From: Asterionella formosa
Lineage: Eukaryota
Assembly: GCA_002256025.1 (NCBI GenBank)
Contig: NKIB01002172.1
Coordinates: 124,001-173,875, forward strand
DNA: 49,875 nucleotides
Direction: 5' to 3'
This document shows, piece after piece, positions 23,036-35,277 of the stretch (its first letter is position 1; every line of letters starts with the position of its first letter). The position numbers were made by a program, and so were the translations under genes. The notes under the pieces were generated by a model that made no database searches, was not told where the DNA came from, and saw nothing but the letters and a program-made list of their open reading frames with translations.

Positions 23036-24298
23036 TTACTATATGTACTCTGAGCATGATGAGCCATAAATGAAAATTATTTGAAGGGGCTAAAAATTAC
23101 TTAGAGTACTTCCCTTTTGTGTTTGACAAAAAGTACTATGATGACAGTAAGTAAGAGGTGACAGGTATGGTGAAAGGCTGCGTCAAGAAAGCGATTGTGC
23201 TTGCTTGAAGACATCATGCAAATACTAGGTACCTGGTACCACAGCAGGAAGCATCCCAGGTAATTTCACTACCGGTATCTTTCCCTTGTGAACAAGCATC
23301 ACATAGTATCTATCTGGTAGCAATACCGGTAATCAATTCTATAGTTTTGTTGTTAACACTTTTTTTCAGAGCCACTGGTATTGACTTGCAAGTGGACCAT
23401 TGGTCCAGGGGTGATAGATATATTTGTTTAAATTTTTTTGTCACAGGCATCCAGCTGTCCTACTAATCTAGCAGTTGCAAGCCATTGCTGGTACAAAGCT
23501 ATATGATTATATGAATTGTTAATTTATGCACAGGGCTGTACGAAGTGTTGTTGAGGAATGAAATAGTTGATATTCTTAGTTGTACTAAAGGGAAAATTTG
23601 TCTAGTTGGGGAGATTGGTAAAAAGTGGAGATGCATTGCTTGAGGTGGAAGATATTAGAGAGAGTCAGACAAAACATTTTTGTCAGTGTATTCACTCGAA
23701 TAGTGGCTAGAGTTTATGCTTCACGCTGAATTTAGGTCAGAAACATTTTGATGCATAACACGCAGCATATACATGCTAAGCGGCTTGTATTGGATATTTT
23801 TGTTGATCTGGTCATCATGATGATAAGGTTAAGTGCTATGGTCTGACATACTACCGGTAGTCACTTTGACCAAATTGCGGCTTTTTTGTGAAGGTTTTTC
23901 CACCCTGGACAATGGCTGTAAAATACATATTCCTTATTCGTAGCTAGCACATACCATCAGAGTTACCTCAATCATCAAAAAAAATTCTTTGACCATGTGA
24001 TATATTTCTAGATAAATCATTCACAACATCACTGATACCATCACATGGCCAAATCTGTCAAAAAAGGCTCATTGGACGACGATTTTGCCACAATCCACCA
24101 TTTCTTTTCTCCTTGTCCCTTAGCGTTGCCTATTTTGAGAAATGCGCAGATGCTTTCGTCGTGATTTGTTCTCAGCGCTTGTTTATATTTTGCTCACTAC
24201 ATAAGATCTAACGGTTCTACTCAGCACGCGGTATATGCTAAAAAGATATTGATCAAGCTACATTTTTTAAATATTATCATATTTTTGGTTTCTTATCC

Positions 24299-24386
24299 GC
24301 AAGTTGCGGTAATTTTGTTCAACTAAGGATTTAGCTTTTTTAAACCTATGTTAAATTGTTTACTTAAGCAAAATGACCGCATCTGG
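24299..24386 (-). mobile_element. ~90-bp mini-MITE, reverse-orientation copy
   Basis: Reverse complement aligns to 33884-33972 (GCGGTCATTTTGCTTAA...AAAGCTAAATC.TTAGTT...CCGCAACTTGC). Confidence 0.75.
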
Positions 24387-26181
24387 TTTATGTACCTGCA
24401 AGCAAAATAGTTTATTTCGGTTCATCTTTTCCTAATTTCATTCCAAGAAGTAAGGATTGTTGGGCTTGTATGCCCATGGTGGATCTTGTTTCTACTTCCT
24501 AAGAGCGTCTGGACGACTCTGCTATCGAATCTGATATACTAAATATGAATTCTCCCCTTTCCAAAGCAAAAGCAAAGGTAAATTAAAGGCAACTCCAGAC
24601 ATGGTGGTTGCCAATACAGAAGAAGTAGTCCATGACTTGTCAACAAGATGTCCGAAAATGTTGGAAGTGTCTGGAAAATTGATTTATCCCATTTATCCAG
24701 TAAGGAGTTGGAATTATTGAACAAGATATGGTTGCCAGTTTGGATGTAGTTCATGACTACTTGCCAACTATTTCCGAAACTCTTGGAATCACTGGGAAAG
24801 CAATTGAACAGGTCGAAAAGACAGGAGCTGATTTTTCCAGTAAGGATAAATCACTATTGAAATTATTGAATTTTTTTGATGAAGGAATTCATAAATATTT
24901 ACGCGAAACAGCAACGAGAAATGAAGAAACACATCAATTAATTTTATCGAAAGAATCGGTTAAGGGGAAAGGTAGCTGCCGCTGCTTCGGGATATGGCAT
25001 TTATAGTGTTACATCTTCTTTTTTGTGGAAAGCATGTCCTGCTGCCCATTCTGCGTGAATCGCCAACTTTTAACCGTTGTGCACTTAGAAACACTCATGT
25101 GCAAGTATGGTATTTTTTCGGTACGTATACAAAACTTGGCGCAGAACCATATGTGTGCGCGACACTCCCCAAAAAGTCACAGAAAGTGGTGCAGGTTGTT
25201 GTATAGGATCCTTCATAGAATCATTTCTTGAATGATTACCGGTAGTCAGTCTAGGTGACCATGGTAGTGCTCCTTTCATAGCGGTGACATAAGAGGCACA
25301 GTTACTGTACTCTGAGCATTATGTCAGTCCCAGTATACTTCCATAGTGTAAGTCTTACCGGTAAAATTCGACGGTATGTACAGGCACCAAAAATACGTGC
25401 TGGTGTACACCAGGGTTATGATAATTGGAAGTACATTTGTATTCCTGTTAAGTCTTGAATATTTTATCTAATCATCCATACTTGATGGTTATTAAATGTT
25501 CCTTTGAAATAGGTTATAGACATACAGAGATGTCATATGTCATATAGTATACATTAAAAAAAGAGGAAATGATGAGATATTATTAAGAAATTGATAATAC
25601 TTTCTAGTATTCCACACAAACTGATGAAGGAACAATGGGTATCGATAGCCTCCTACCGGTATCAAACCAAAAGGTGGGAAGAGGTAAGTTATATAATTGT
25701 TTCATTTCTCAACTGTGGCTACCAAAGGGCTTATGATTGGGGCTCAAACCTTTGACCGTCTGAAAACGGAAGCAAGCAGAACTATAAAATAGTATCGCTG
25801 TTCAATTGCGCTGCTAACATGATTCAAAGTTTCTACAGTTCTCCAATAGAAAGCAAGGGAAAAATGACCCTAAGTATGACGAGGTAAGAAACAGAACTTG
25901 ATATGTTCTTGCACAATGCTGGCGAAGGTTTGGAGTGTCTGTGTGCATTAATTAGGATTTCGACATTAATATTTTCTTTCCCTTCCTCCATAAATGCAGA
26001 CGTGAGAGTTAACAACAATACCATGATGTCACCCATCAATCAACAGTGAGACCATAGGTAAGTTACTATATGCTCACTTACTGCTCATTATATCGATCGA
26101 AACTCGAAGTTAAATGGACTTTTAATGTCATCGGTTTGTTGTACATGTGTGACTGGCGGAGATGCTTTAATCGTTTCAATA

Positions 26182-26494
26182 CTTTTGCTGACATTGTTAT
26201 TATCTCCTCAAAATGATACATGAAACTTGAAGAATGTGGCTTGTTGCCATTCTTAATGGTAGCAACAATCAACCATGAGAGCAAAGGTAAGTTATTTGCA
26301 CATTGCCTGCTCCAATGAAAATTGGAGCAAGTTTATTTGATTGTTTCGTCGCACATATCATGGCTGTGGAGATGGCTTCCTTGGCTGATGCAACACTTTT
26401 GCTCACATTGTTGTTATTTTTATCTCCTACAGGAAAATGATACGACAAGAACCTTGGAGAATGTGACTTGCTGCCATTCTCAATGCTGGTAGAA
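26182..26494 (+). repeat. Imperfect ~90-bp direct duplication
   Basis: TTTTGCT.ACATTGTT...TATCTCCT..AAAATGATAC...AGAATGTG.CTTG.TGCCATTCT.AATG at 26182-26265 and 26397-26494. Confidence 0.7.
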
Positions 26495-27435
26495 TTTTGA
26501 ATAAAGCATCATCAATTTCGCTTACTCTCTCATTTCATTTTGAATTAGCAATGATCTAAACAAACATCGCAACCGGAAGTGAAATTAAGGTATCGAAGCA
26601 AGACGATTGTGTGCTCATTCTGTTAGAGTATGCACAGTGGAAAGTATGCGTGACCAGAAGTATAATCAAGAGTATGAAATAGCGATCAATTTAATTCGAT
26701 TTGTGTTCATTTTTGATCGAACATGATAATAAGTTTTATCAATGATGGCAGGAATTTTTTAGATCAGTAGAAGTACACTTTAGATCGAAAGCTCAAATAC
26801 AATTTGATCACAGCATGCCAAAGGTTAGATCGAATGAATAGTTGATTGGATCTAACGATTACTATCTTTAGATAGTAAACCGAAAAATTATTTGATGAAA
26901 AGAATAAGTGTGCTGTGTTAACAGGAAGCGTATTGTTTGATCCATTAATCTGAAATTAATTGATATATACATGATGAGCGAGTGCATAATGAATAAGGCA
27001 GAATACTCATTGATGCGACATTGCAATTCATTGAATATTATATAATGCGTGTATGATCTATGATAAAGGTGAGCGTGTGTGATCAATTGTAAAGAAGTGA
27101 TTGATCAATGAGTTTTTCTGTATGATCAATCAAATTATGATACGTCATACCGCGATTTTTTTGGGGCAATGGATAATAGATTAAAACTTTTAGGCCTAAC
27201 TTTTTTTAATTTACAGACGTTAATCTTCAAGTCTCTGGAGGCTACAACTGAGGTTACTGTGCCAGGCCGAACATAGGCAGGCTCCAAAGAAGTGTCTACA
27301 GTATCTATGGATGCTCCTGACGGGTTCATGCTGCTAGCGTGATGTTTACGGTTTTTAGACTCTTATGGGCATAATTAGCCATCATGTATCATTTGCAAAA
27401 ATCAGTAAATGTATGTATATATATACAGTTGAACA

Positions 27436-27806
27436 GGGAATGGCTTAGCTAGTGGTTTACCATGTTGCCCTTGATTTGAGGAGGAGGTTGGGTGGTTCGA
27501 TTCCTACACCAAGTTTTTTGAGAAGCAATTGTTGGGTTCGACTCCCACACTCCTTACCATCCCGCACGGTCTCTCTCCCCCCCCTACAAGCAGCTTGTGC
27601 TCCTCCCTTCCTAGGTGGCTGAGAATCCCCTAACGCTGTGGCTAGTAAGACGATCATCTTTCGCGAAAGGTGGTTTGGGAGGGCTCACCTATGCTAACAA
27701 TTCTAGGGAATCACAAGTCTTTTTGGCAGGTAGTAGTAGGAGCACAAAGAAAAACTTTCCTTTCGACATAGGGGAAAACGAATGGGCTATAAAACATAAT
27801 AAATTT
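27436..27806 (+). mobile_element. tRNA-derived SINE-like element, family A copy 2
   Basis: Head GGGAATGGCTTAGCTAGTGG, B-box GGTTCGATTCC (27494-27504), shared body and 3' GAATGGGCTATAAAACA. Perfect 18-bp flanking repeat TATATATACAGTTGAACA at 27418-27435 and 27807-27824. Confidence 0.88.
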
Positions 27807-28392
27807 TATATATACAGTTGAACATTTGCATTTTTCAAAGACTCTCTTTATATCGCAAATCATGCGTATCCTATTATCAATTACGCTTATACGTAATTCA
27901 AATATATACAATGCACGATGATATCATTGTTTTCCACGACCTGATGTACTGTTTTTTTGAATTTTTTTCGTATCAACTTTTTTACCTAGTACAAGTCAGT
28001 GATTAAATTAAGCCCCTCAATTAATGGGAGTCATACTGCATTTTTCAAATTGTAGACATCATATAATTTTTTGATCATTCATTTTTTCATATCAATGAAA
28101 CTGTTCATGATTTGATTAATATCATTCCTTGATCAAATGTAGTATAAGATATACGAATCAAACTTCATCGATTATGGATCATACTTTCTGCCTGGTTGGA
28201 AATGATAACCAGTAAATTAGATAACTGATAACAATATTTATTTATTATGATCTTACTTCGCATTAAAATCATTTTATCCAACTAATCAAAATTAATTTTG
28301 ATAATTCATTTTTTCGTATCAATGACATCGTTTCTATCATATGATCAATTTGCTTTTTTTGAATGTATACTAAGATACTACCCTTTATCTGT

Positions 28393-28652
28393 TATGGATA
28401 TTACTAATGCTAGGTTATTCTATGTGACGCCATTATTGCTTACCCCCTCGCTCTGTTTGTTATGGATAACAATGGTAGGTTGTTTCTACATGATCGTTTT
28501 ATTGCTTAACCTCTTTCTGTTGCTTATAGATACCAATACTAGGTTGTTTCTAAATGACCGTGTTATTGCCTTTCCTCGATCACCTATAGATACCAATGCT
28601 AGGTTGCTTGCTTCTACGCGACTGTGTTATTGTGTACCCTCCATCACCTTAT
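28393..28652 (+). repeat. Degenerate minisatellite, four units of ~60-68 bp
   Basis: Each unit reads TAT(G/A)GATA..AAT..TAGGTT..TTCTA...GA....TTATTG. Confidence 0.8.
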
Positions 28653-28924
28653 AAAGTCTTCTAAACAGTTCTACTACTCACGAGCCCACGAGGCCCTTAA
28701 CATGGGAACAACTCTACCAGTACTACGGCAAGCCAACACGGCAAAACCAAGTCACTCCATCAAATAGCCGACATCGATATGGACTCCAATACTATGCATA
28801 ACACACCAAAAGACGACAATATTATCATTACAGCGATAACAGCAACAAATAAAAACTTGATATGAATATGCTCTACTTAAAGGTTGTTAGCAATAAAATG
28901 ACCTTTAATAAGTTCTGTAGTTAT

Positions 28925-29900
28925 TTATTGATTGATGTTTAATCGATTTTCAATGTTGCGTCTATCAAAGCCAACATGATTCCCTACATGGAAAACGTCG
29001 AGCCTCGTCTGCCTATCGATATCTCTTACCATCAGGTGAGCCCCTCCATGGCTGACATCAAAATCGACATGATTGATGCCAACGGCTGATCCCAAACCAC
29101 AGTTTTTGATATCTAGAACAACAAGCAAGTCCTCAGCCTATCATGTCTTGATTGAAGTTAGAACTGACATAAATGCAAACAACAGCTGAGCAATCCCACT
29201 GCTTGGTGGCCAAAAATGAAAATCAACATGGTTCCCAAAACTGATCCCACACCTTGGCCAATGTCCTAACCAATGCTATTGCCGCCAGCTTACCCTTCAG
29301 CTTGGCCGACATTGCTGCAACAGTTGACCCAACTTCTTTGGATGATGCAAATCTAAGCCAAGCTTGGTACCTACAGCTCCTGTTCATTGTGGCAACTTCT
29401 CACCACTCATTGTCACGCCTAGCAACCACAGTAACACGATTTGAATTTCCTGTTGTTCGAAGCCCAATCGTCCTTTGGCAATTGTTCGCCAAAGTTCGTG
29501 ATCCAAACATGTCAAAATTAATGTGTGTCTCATCAATATTGACAATGTTGTCAGCAGGAAACTCGAGCGCAGCAATTTGATTGTTAATATAGGCAACTAA
29601 ATCCTGAATCTTCTCCTCATCCAGCCATGTTTTTTTGAAGTCATGAGTCACACATCGGATGACAGCGTCTTTGAGGGCAAGCCAGCGCTTGATCCTCTTT
29701 TCAAGTGCCTTCAAAGACACACTTTTCTTCCCTGGTTGCCTCTTTATCTCAACGCTGAGTATTCTAGTGGTGCAGGCCCTATATTGAAGCCGCAAGTGGT
29801 CAAAAAGCTAGAATCCTCAAGCCTTTTGAGAATACCAATTATCAAACATACCTTTTTGATTTCGAGAACACAACATATTATGTAAACACTTCCATTTTGA
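28925..29900 (-). pseudogene. Decayed pogo-like (DDE_1) transposase
   Basis: IVNIDETHINFDM...TL...TIGLRTTGNSNRVTVV followed by frameshifted GEKLP; upstream HTH-like RIKRWL segment. Boundaries approximate. Confidence 0.65.
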
Positions 29901-29934
29901 TGTCACATGATAAAAAATTCATCTTGTCTTGCTA

Positions 29935-30180
29935 GGGGAATGGCATAGTAGTGGTTAACACACCTCATGACGAGGTGGCGGGTTCAATTCCTGCATTCTC
30001 CACCTGTTGTTCTTTTATGTAGTCCCTAGGGTTCCGGGGTGGTGTGTCACTGACACGGAGACAGGTCCCATTGTACTGTATAGACAAATAAAACAAGTAC
30101 AATTTGTGTCCATTTACTTGGGCGTGAGTGCGATTATTGGATAGCTTTAACATAGTATAAGATTTAATTAACAATTTTTT
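29935..30180 (+). mobile_element. tRNA-derived SINE-like element, family B
   Basis: Cloverleaf-like head 29935-30002. Flanking repeat TTCATC(T/A)TGTCTTGCTA at 29918-29934 and 30181-30197 (16/17 identical). Body unrelated to family A. Confidence 0.82.
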
Positions 30181-30289
30181 TTCATCATGTCTTGCTAAAG
30201 CCAGGCAGGTTGTGAATATAGGCTTGAATTATTAATTATATACCTTGTTGGATATTCAACATTTTTAAAATAATTCTCGCTATGTGTAT

Positions 30290-30845
30290 AACTGATACCA
30301 ATTTGGATTTCGCTATCATACATTCATATCTTGTTACTTATATCAATGATACCAATTTGGAAATCAAGAATCCAATTTGGTAGCAACATTTCAAACCCTA
30401 ATGCCAACAATAGAAACCGATTTGGAAACCCGATTGGTAGTAAAAATAAAATTGTTACGAATCTGAAACCAAATTAGTAGCAAATGATACCAATTTGGTA
30501 TTTCTGTGAAGCTAAATAAATATCTACATTAAGGTCAACAAAACCTTACAATTTTTGCCAAATTGGTAAAAAATCCCAATTTGGATTTCGGACATCGAGA
30601 AAAAAGCAGAAAAGTCTCGAAATCCCAATATGGAGTCCAAATTGGGTACTTCTCGGCTCCTGTCTACCGGGTACGCACATATGGAACTCAAAAAAATAAA
30701 ATGCTTTTTTTCGAATAAAACCCTACCCCCACGTAGAAAACCTTTGTGTTTTCGACGTAATCCGTCCTCAAAATAAGCTGTCGCCGCAAATCGCCGCAAT
30801 TGCTTGTTTCAACCAGCAAAATGCAGATGATGTACCAATTTGTAC
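30290..30845. repeat. Cluster of CCAATTTGG / CCAAATTGG motifs, probably transposon subterminal repeats
   Basis: About ten exact or near copies in both orientations, e.g. GATACCAATTTGG at 30294, 30348 and 30486. Confidence 0.7.
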
Positions 30846-31278
30846 ACCACAATGGAAGTGCTCGGTGTATACTTTATACATGCAGGCACTGTGTGTGTTT
30901 ATCATATGAAAAAATGCATTGAGATATACATAGCCCGTCACTTTAGAAGATAAGGATCGGTGCTTTCGCTCGCTATCCATCATCCAATCGACTCTTTACT
31001 CTTGAATCGATCCAAGCGCAGTAGGAAATACATTCTCAAAACAAGGCAATACAACGCAAGCAGATCAGATCAGATCAGAGCAGAGCAAAACAACATTCTG
31101 CTACAGCATCATTGTTATCGTGGTTTTGCTTGGCGTTGCTTCCATCATTGACTCTTCACAGTCGAAACCTTCGCCTCTCACCAAGCGACCCGACGAGCTT
31201 GTGCCATCGTTCTCGGAATCAGTTTGCTGCGGTTTCTACCAGTGCTTTGACGACGACGACTCCTTCAGTATAGCACGA

Positions 31279-32759
31279 ATGTTAAATTCCGAGCCAACCG
31301 TTCCTCCTGCCGTTGCCGCAGGTAACGTCAACACAACGGATACGCCGACCTTTGCAATAATTCCGCCACCCGATAGCGCGACGACGCCCCAAGAAAAGGC
31401 CAAGAAAGTCCTCTCCAAGGTCACTGAAAACACACAAAAAGCCATGGAGCAAACGTCCAAAACTCTGTCGTCGTGGATTCCGTCCGGGCTCAAGGCCATG
31501 ACCCAAGCCAAGTATACGCTCCCGGATAAAACGGTGGCGTCGCAAGTGTTAATGTATCGACAACTATTACATACCAAATGCCGACCGGGCTTGAGATTGA
31601 GTAGACCCTATCAAGGGACACCGGCACAGAAATGTGTTCTTCATATGCCGGTACGTACATTTCTTGCCTCCTGTCTCCTATACCTTTTGTCCATTCGTCA
31701 TGCTGCATCTCACCCTTTACTGCACTCACGTAAAAGTGGTGGGAGCAAGGAATTGAGGACTCTGGGAAAATGGTGATTTCATATGACAATCTTATTGTCC
31801 GCCTATGGATGAACGGTTCGATTATGCCCTTTGCTGGGGACGACTTGATCTCGGGAGGAGATATTGACACCATGATTGACGACAAGGGTTTACCTCCTGT
31901 CCCTCATAATTTTTGGGTAGAGAGACTAGGATTTCAACAGACTGACCCAGTTACGGACTTTAGGTCCGGTGGAGTCTTGAGTTTGGGCCTACTGGTTCAC
32001 ATGGTGGAGTCTCACCCCATAATTGTGACGCGCTTCATGGGTGATGGTGACGCCCACATGTTACCATTCGGTATCACATCAATTAATATTACGGATATGC
32101 TGGCCAAATTTTTAATGCTTGCCAAGAGTACAGATCGGATGGATGCCTTATTATCGCAAAAGCCCTTTTGGAGAATGTTTGCAGATCCGAATGCCATTTT
32201 AGCATGCCAAGAATTGAGCATGGACATGCTATGTGACGTCGTGGCGGAGATGAGCTTGGAGCGAACCGTAAATGTTGAAGGTACAACTTCATTGCCTGAA
32301 GAAGAAGCAAAGGAGGTACGTTTCGGCATGATACGGTCTCATTTGTTTGGAAAGAAATGACTCTTACACTGTCCCCCCACTGCCTGACAGATTACTGTCT
32401 TTGACTTTCCTAAAATTTTGGAAGTCACCGAACGACGCGTCCGTGATGACTTGCTAGGTGGTGGGCCTGGTTCGGTGGAAGACTTGCGCCTTCTTCACGC
32501 CAAATTAAAGATAAGGTACGATGCCGAAGCCAAGAAACGTCGAGACCCCGCCAAGAACATGATGCAACAGGTTGGAACGACAGTTGGATCGGCAGGCGCC
32601 AACTTAGTCGAACGCATCAAAACGACCAAAGTTGGATTCCCTAGTCCACTCACAGTATTGGGCCCGCCAAGCAGTGCTTTTGCCACTTTACCTAATCTCG
32701 AGTCCGGTTCGCAAGTTAAGACTACCGGTGATTTTTCCATTGACGATGACGATCTCTAA
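31279..32759 (+). CDS. ELMO/CED-12 domain protein (ELMOD-like); exons 31279-31650, 31737-32315, 32391-32759
   Basis: WVERLGFQQTDPVTDFRSGGVLSL and LPFGITSINIT are ELMO-domain motifs. Two GT-AG introns keep the frame. Start ATG tentative. Confidence 0.88.
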
Positions 32760-33081
32760 GGATCGAATTTTCCCGAGGAATTAGTAATTGTGAGATTTAT
32801 ATCGTAGACAATATAGATGTAGATTCACTCATCCTGACGAAACTCGACGTCGTTAGATGGGAAATGCACAGTCTCGTTACTAGTACTGTTGTGAGCGATG
32901 TGAGAAACAAAATGCAAAGGAATGGCCGGTAATAGGCTTTCGTAATAAACAAAGGGGCACCTATGTAATGTTATGTTCGCCTTGATCAATCATGCATGGT
33001 TCATGTCCATCTCACCCATTTACACACGGTACTGGAATGAATAGCTGTGGTGTAAATCCATACCATCGTGTTTTGTTTCAT

Positions 33082-33554
33082 TTAGAATTGATTAGGATCT
33101 GGTAAGTTGGACAAAATGACTCCAGCTGCACCAGCAAAGGCAGCCAATCCTCCTCCTGCGATAAGGAGCGAGCTGGTCTTTTCTTCACTTGACTTGGTTT
33201 CAACTTCTACCTTGGGTTCAATGGCCCAAACATTCGACTTTCCATCTTGGTCCACTGAAACACCTCGTTCAACTTTTGACACCATTTGGTAGTCGTCATT
33301 GTCACCGCTAGCCATGTTGATGCGTTGGATTCCAAAGGTAGCTGACGTCGTTGGTGCTGTATAAAATTAGGAGTTAGGGAGAAGGAGGGTGTGAGCAAAG
33401 CTGTGATTCGCAGTACGAAACAACAGATGACTACTAGCTGTGATTCGCAGCACGAAACGGACGGAACCAAAAGTGGAGAATAATACAACGTACTTGTGAA
33501 AGCATTGGCAGATGCAAAGAGAGAAAGAGCAACAATGGCTGAAATGCGGGACAT
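33082..33554 (-). CDS. Small plastid-targeted protein with C-terminal TM helix; exons 33554-33494, 33356-33082 (111 aa)
   Basis: MSRISAIVALSLFASANAFT signal + AF motif; in-frame GT-AG intron; hydrophobic LLIAGGGLAAFAGAAGVIL. Confidence 0.8.
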
Positions 33555-33883
33555 GGCAGAAGGAATGGGAAAGAAGAAAGTATATTCGAGAAAATGGGAA
33601 TGATGCTGGGGATCACGGAGATTATGACGACAGAGTGCTCGACGATCTGATTGTTTCTGTTCGTCGAGAGATGCGACGTTTTGATGACCAAGCTGCAAGC
33701 TACGACTGCGGCGGTCGAGATGCAAAAGTCAGAACGTGGCCACGTTAATGTAATTTTTACCCTGGCATTCTATGTACCGGCACCGTCACATACTACCGGT
33801 AGTTATAAGTACTTCTGGATATGTACATAAAAACCATTCATGTATATTCCTACATAAGCAAGGAATATTGTTTATATTCCTCT

Positions 33884-33972
33884 GCAAGTTGCGGTCATTT
33901 TGCTTAAATAGACAATTTTATCTAGGATAAAGAAAGCTAAATCTTTAGTTCTGAAATACATCCGCAACTTGC
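33884..33972 (+). mobile_element. ~90-bp mini-MITE
   Basis: Perfect 11-bp inverted ends GCAAGTTGCGG / CCGCAACTTGC; three further copies in the window. Confidence 0.8.
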
Positions 33973-34734
33973 CTGGCATGCATTAGATCATCTATATCAT
34001 ATATCGGGAGTATGCCGGTATACGAGTGTTGTAGGATAATACCCTTGACATGAATGATTTATTTACGGACAAATGAGCACGGTATCTGGTCCGACTTGGT
34101 AACCAGGTATCATGCCACCAAGGACTGTAAACGGGAGGGATATTCTAAGAATCACTGTTCGGGAGAAAATGATGTCATCACAAGAAATGGAGTCAGACGT
34201 GCGACTGCAATGATAAACCAGTACCAGGTACCTGGTACCAAGAACGACCCGCTGATGCACCGATATGGGTACCGGTACTCTAGTACATACAATAAGTACC
34301 AACCAGGTAACAGCGACCATTCGGACTGTGACTCATCATAAATACAGTGCGTACTACCGTTTAAATGTATGCTACCGACGGTGCGTGACAAGCAAAAGAG
34401 ATCTGTCATTACTGGTACCCCTAACCTTAATACTAGAAGTACATACGTATGTCATTTTTAGTGGGCACTATTCGTACATGAGTATGCACGCATGAGTTGA
34501 CATCCAGATGCATTTTTGTATATCTATACACAAATACCGGGTGTTCAGGACTTGTCTTCACATTTGTACGATGTACAATGGCTGGCTGGCTGGCTAATCG
34601 AAAGCAGCGGGCTTCCCTATAAATTTGCCGCTGTACACCAAACATATTTAGCAATGTGTAAAATGTGAACGAACCAGGGGTACCTGGTACCTGGTACAGT
34701 GTCCTTAGTAGCTGATGCTGGGTACCCCGAGTAA

Positions 34735-34830
34735 CAGCAATTTGCGGTCATTTTGCTTAAATAAACAATTTAATATGGGATAAAGACAGCTAAACCTTTA
34801 GTTTCAGCACAATCACCGCACAGCTGCTGG
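34735..34830 (+). mobile_element. ~90-bp mini-MITE
   Basis: Aligns to 33884-33972; ends GCTGG followed by TA. Confidence 0.75.
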
Positions 34831-35277
34831 TAGAGTCAAGGTACGAGGTTACCTCGGACTAGTAACAACTACGTATGTACGTCTGGTTTTGTTACCGCAG
34901 GTATCATGTCCTCTCTTGCTGCCTGGCTGCCCATTCAATCTACCGTACTTGCTTCAACACCACCACAGGGGTTGATTCGAATCAGATACTTGCTATCGTA
35001 CCTGGTACACGGAGTACATAAACTGACTGAGCAAGATCTGACCATGTTTTATGTACCTGTAGAGATAATGGCGACATGCGTACATCAAGTAGCGCTTTTT
35101 TATCATGTCAATATTTTACGTACATCAAGTATTATCCTTATTTCATCAGACTCGGCTGATAGTCAACGGTGTTGCTTCTTTACATTACTGGAGTTATTAA
35201 ATCCCTTTCATACTGTTCGTTGCAATTAGAGTCCCTCCCTCCATTTCACTGCAGAGAGAAACTCAAACGAAATAACC

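Noticed and set aside
27600..27730. Hammerhead or HDV ribozyme in the SINE body
   Set aside because: CTGAGA in copy 2 is not conserved (GTCGGAG in copies 1 and 3) and no HDV nested pseudoknot could be built by eye; kept only as an unspecified structure.
28393..28652. CRISPR-like array
   Set aside because: Units are degenerate along their whole length with no unique spacers, no cas genes, and the context is eukaryotic.
29935..30002. Functional tRNA gene (Ser-TGA-like loop)
   Set aside because: No variable region, poor D stem and non-canonical anticodon loop; it sits at the 5' end of a TSD-flanked insert, so it is treated as a SINE head.
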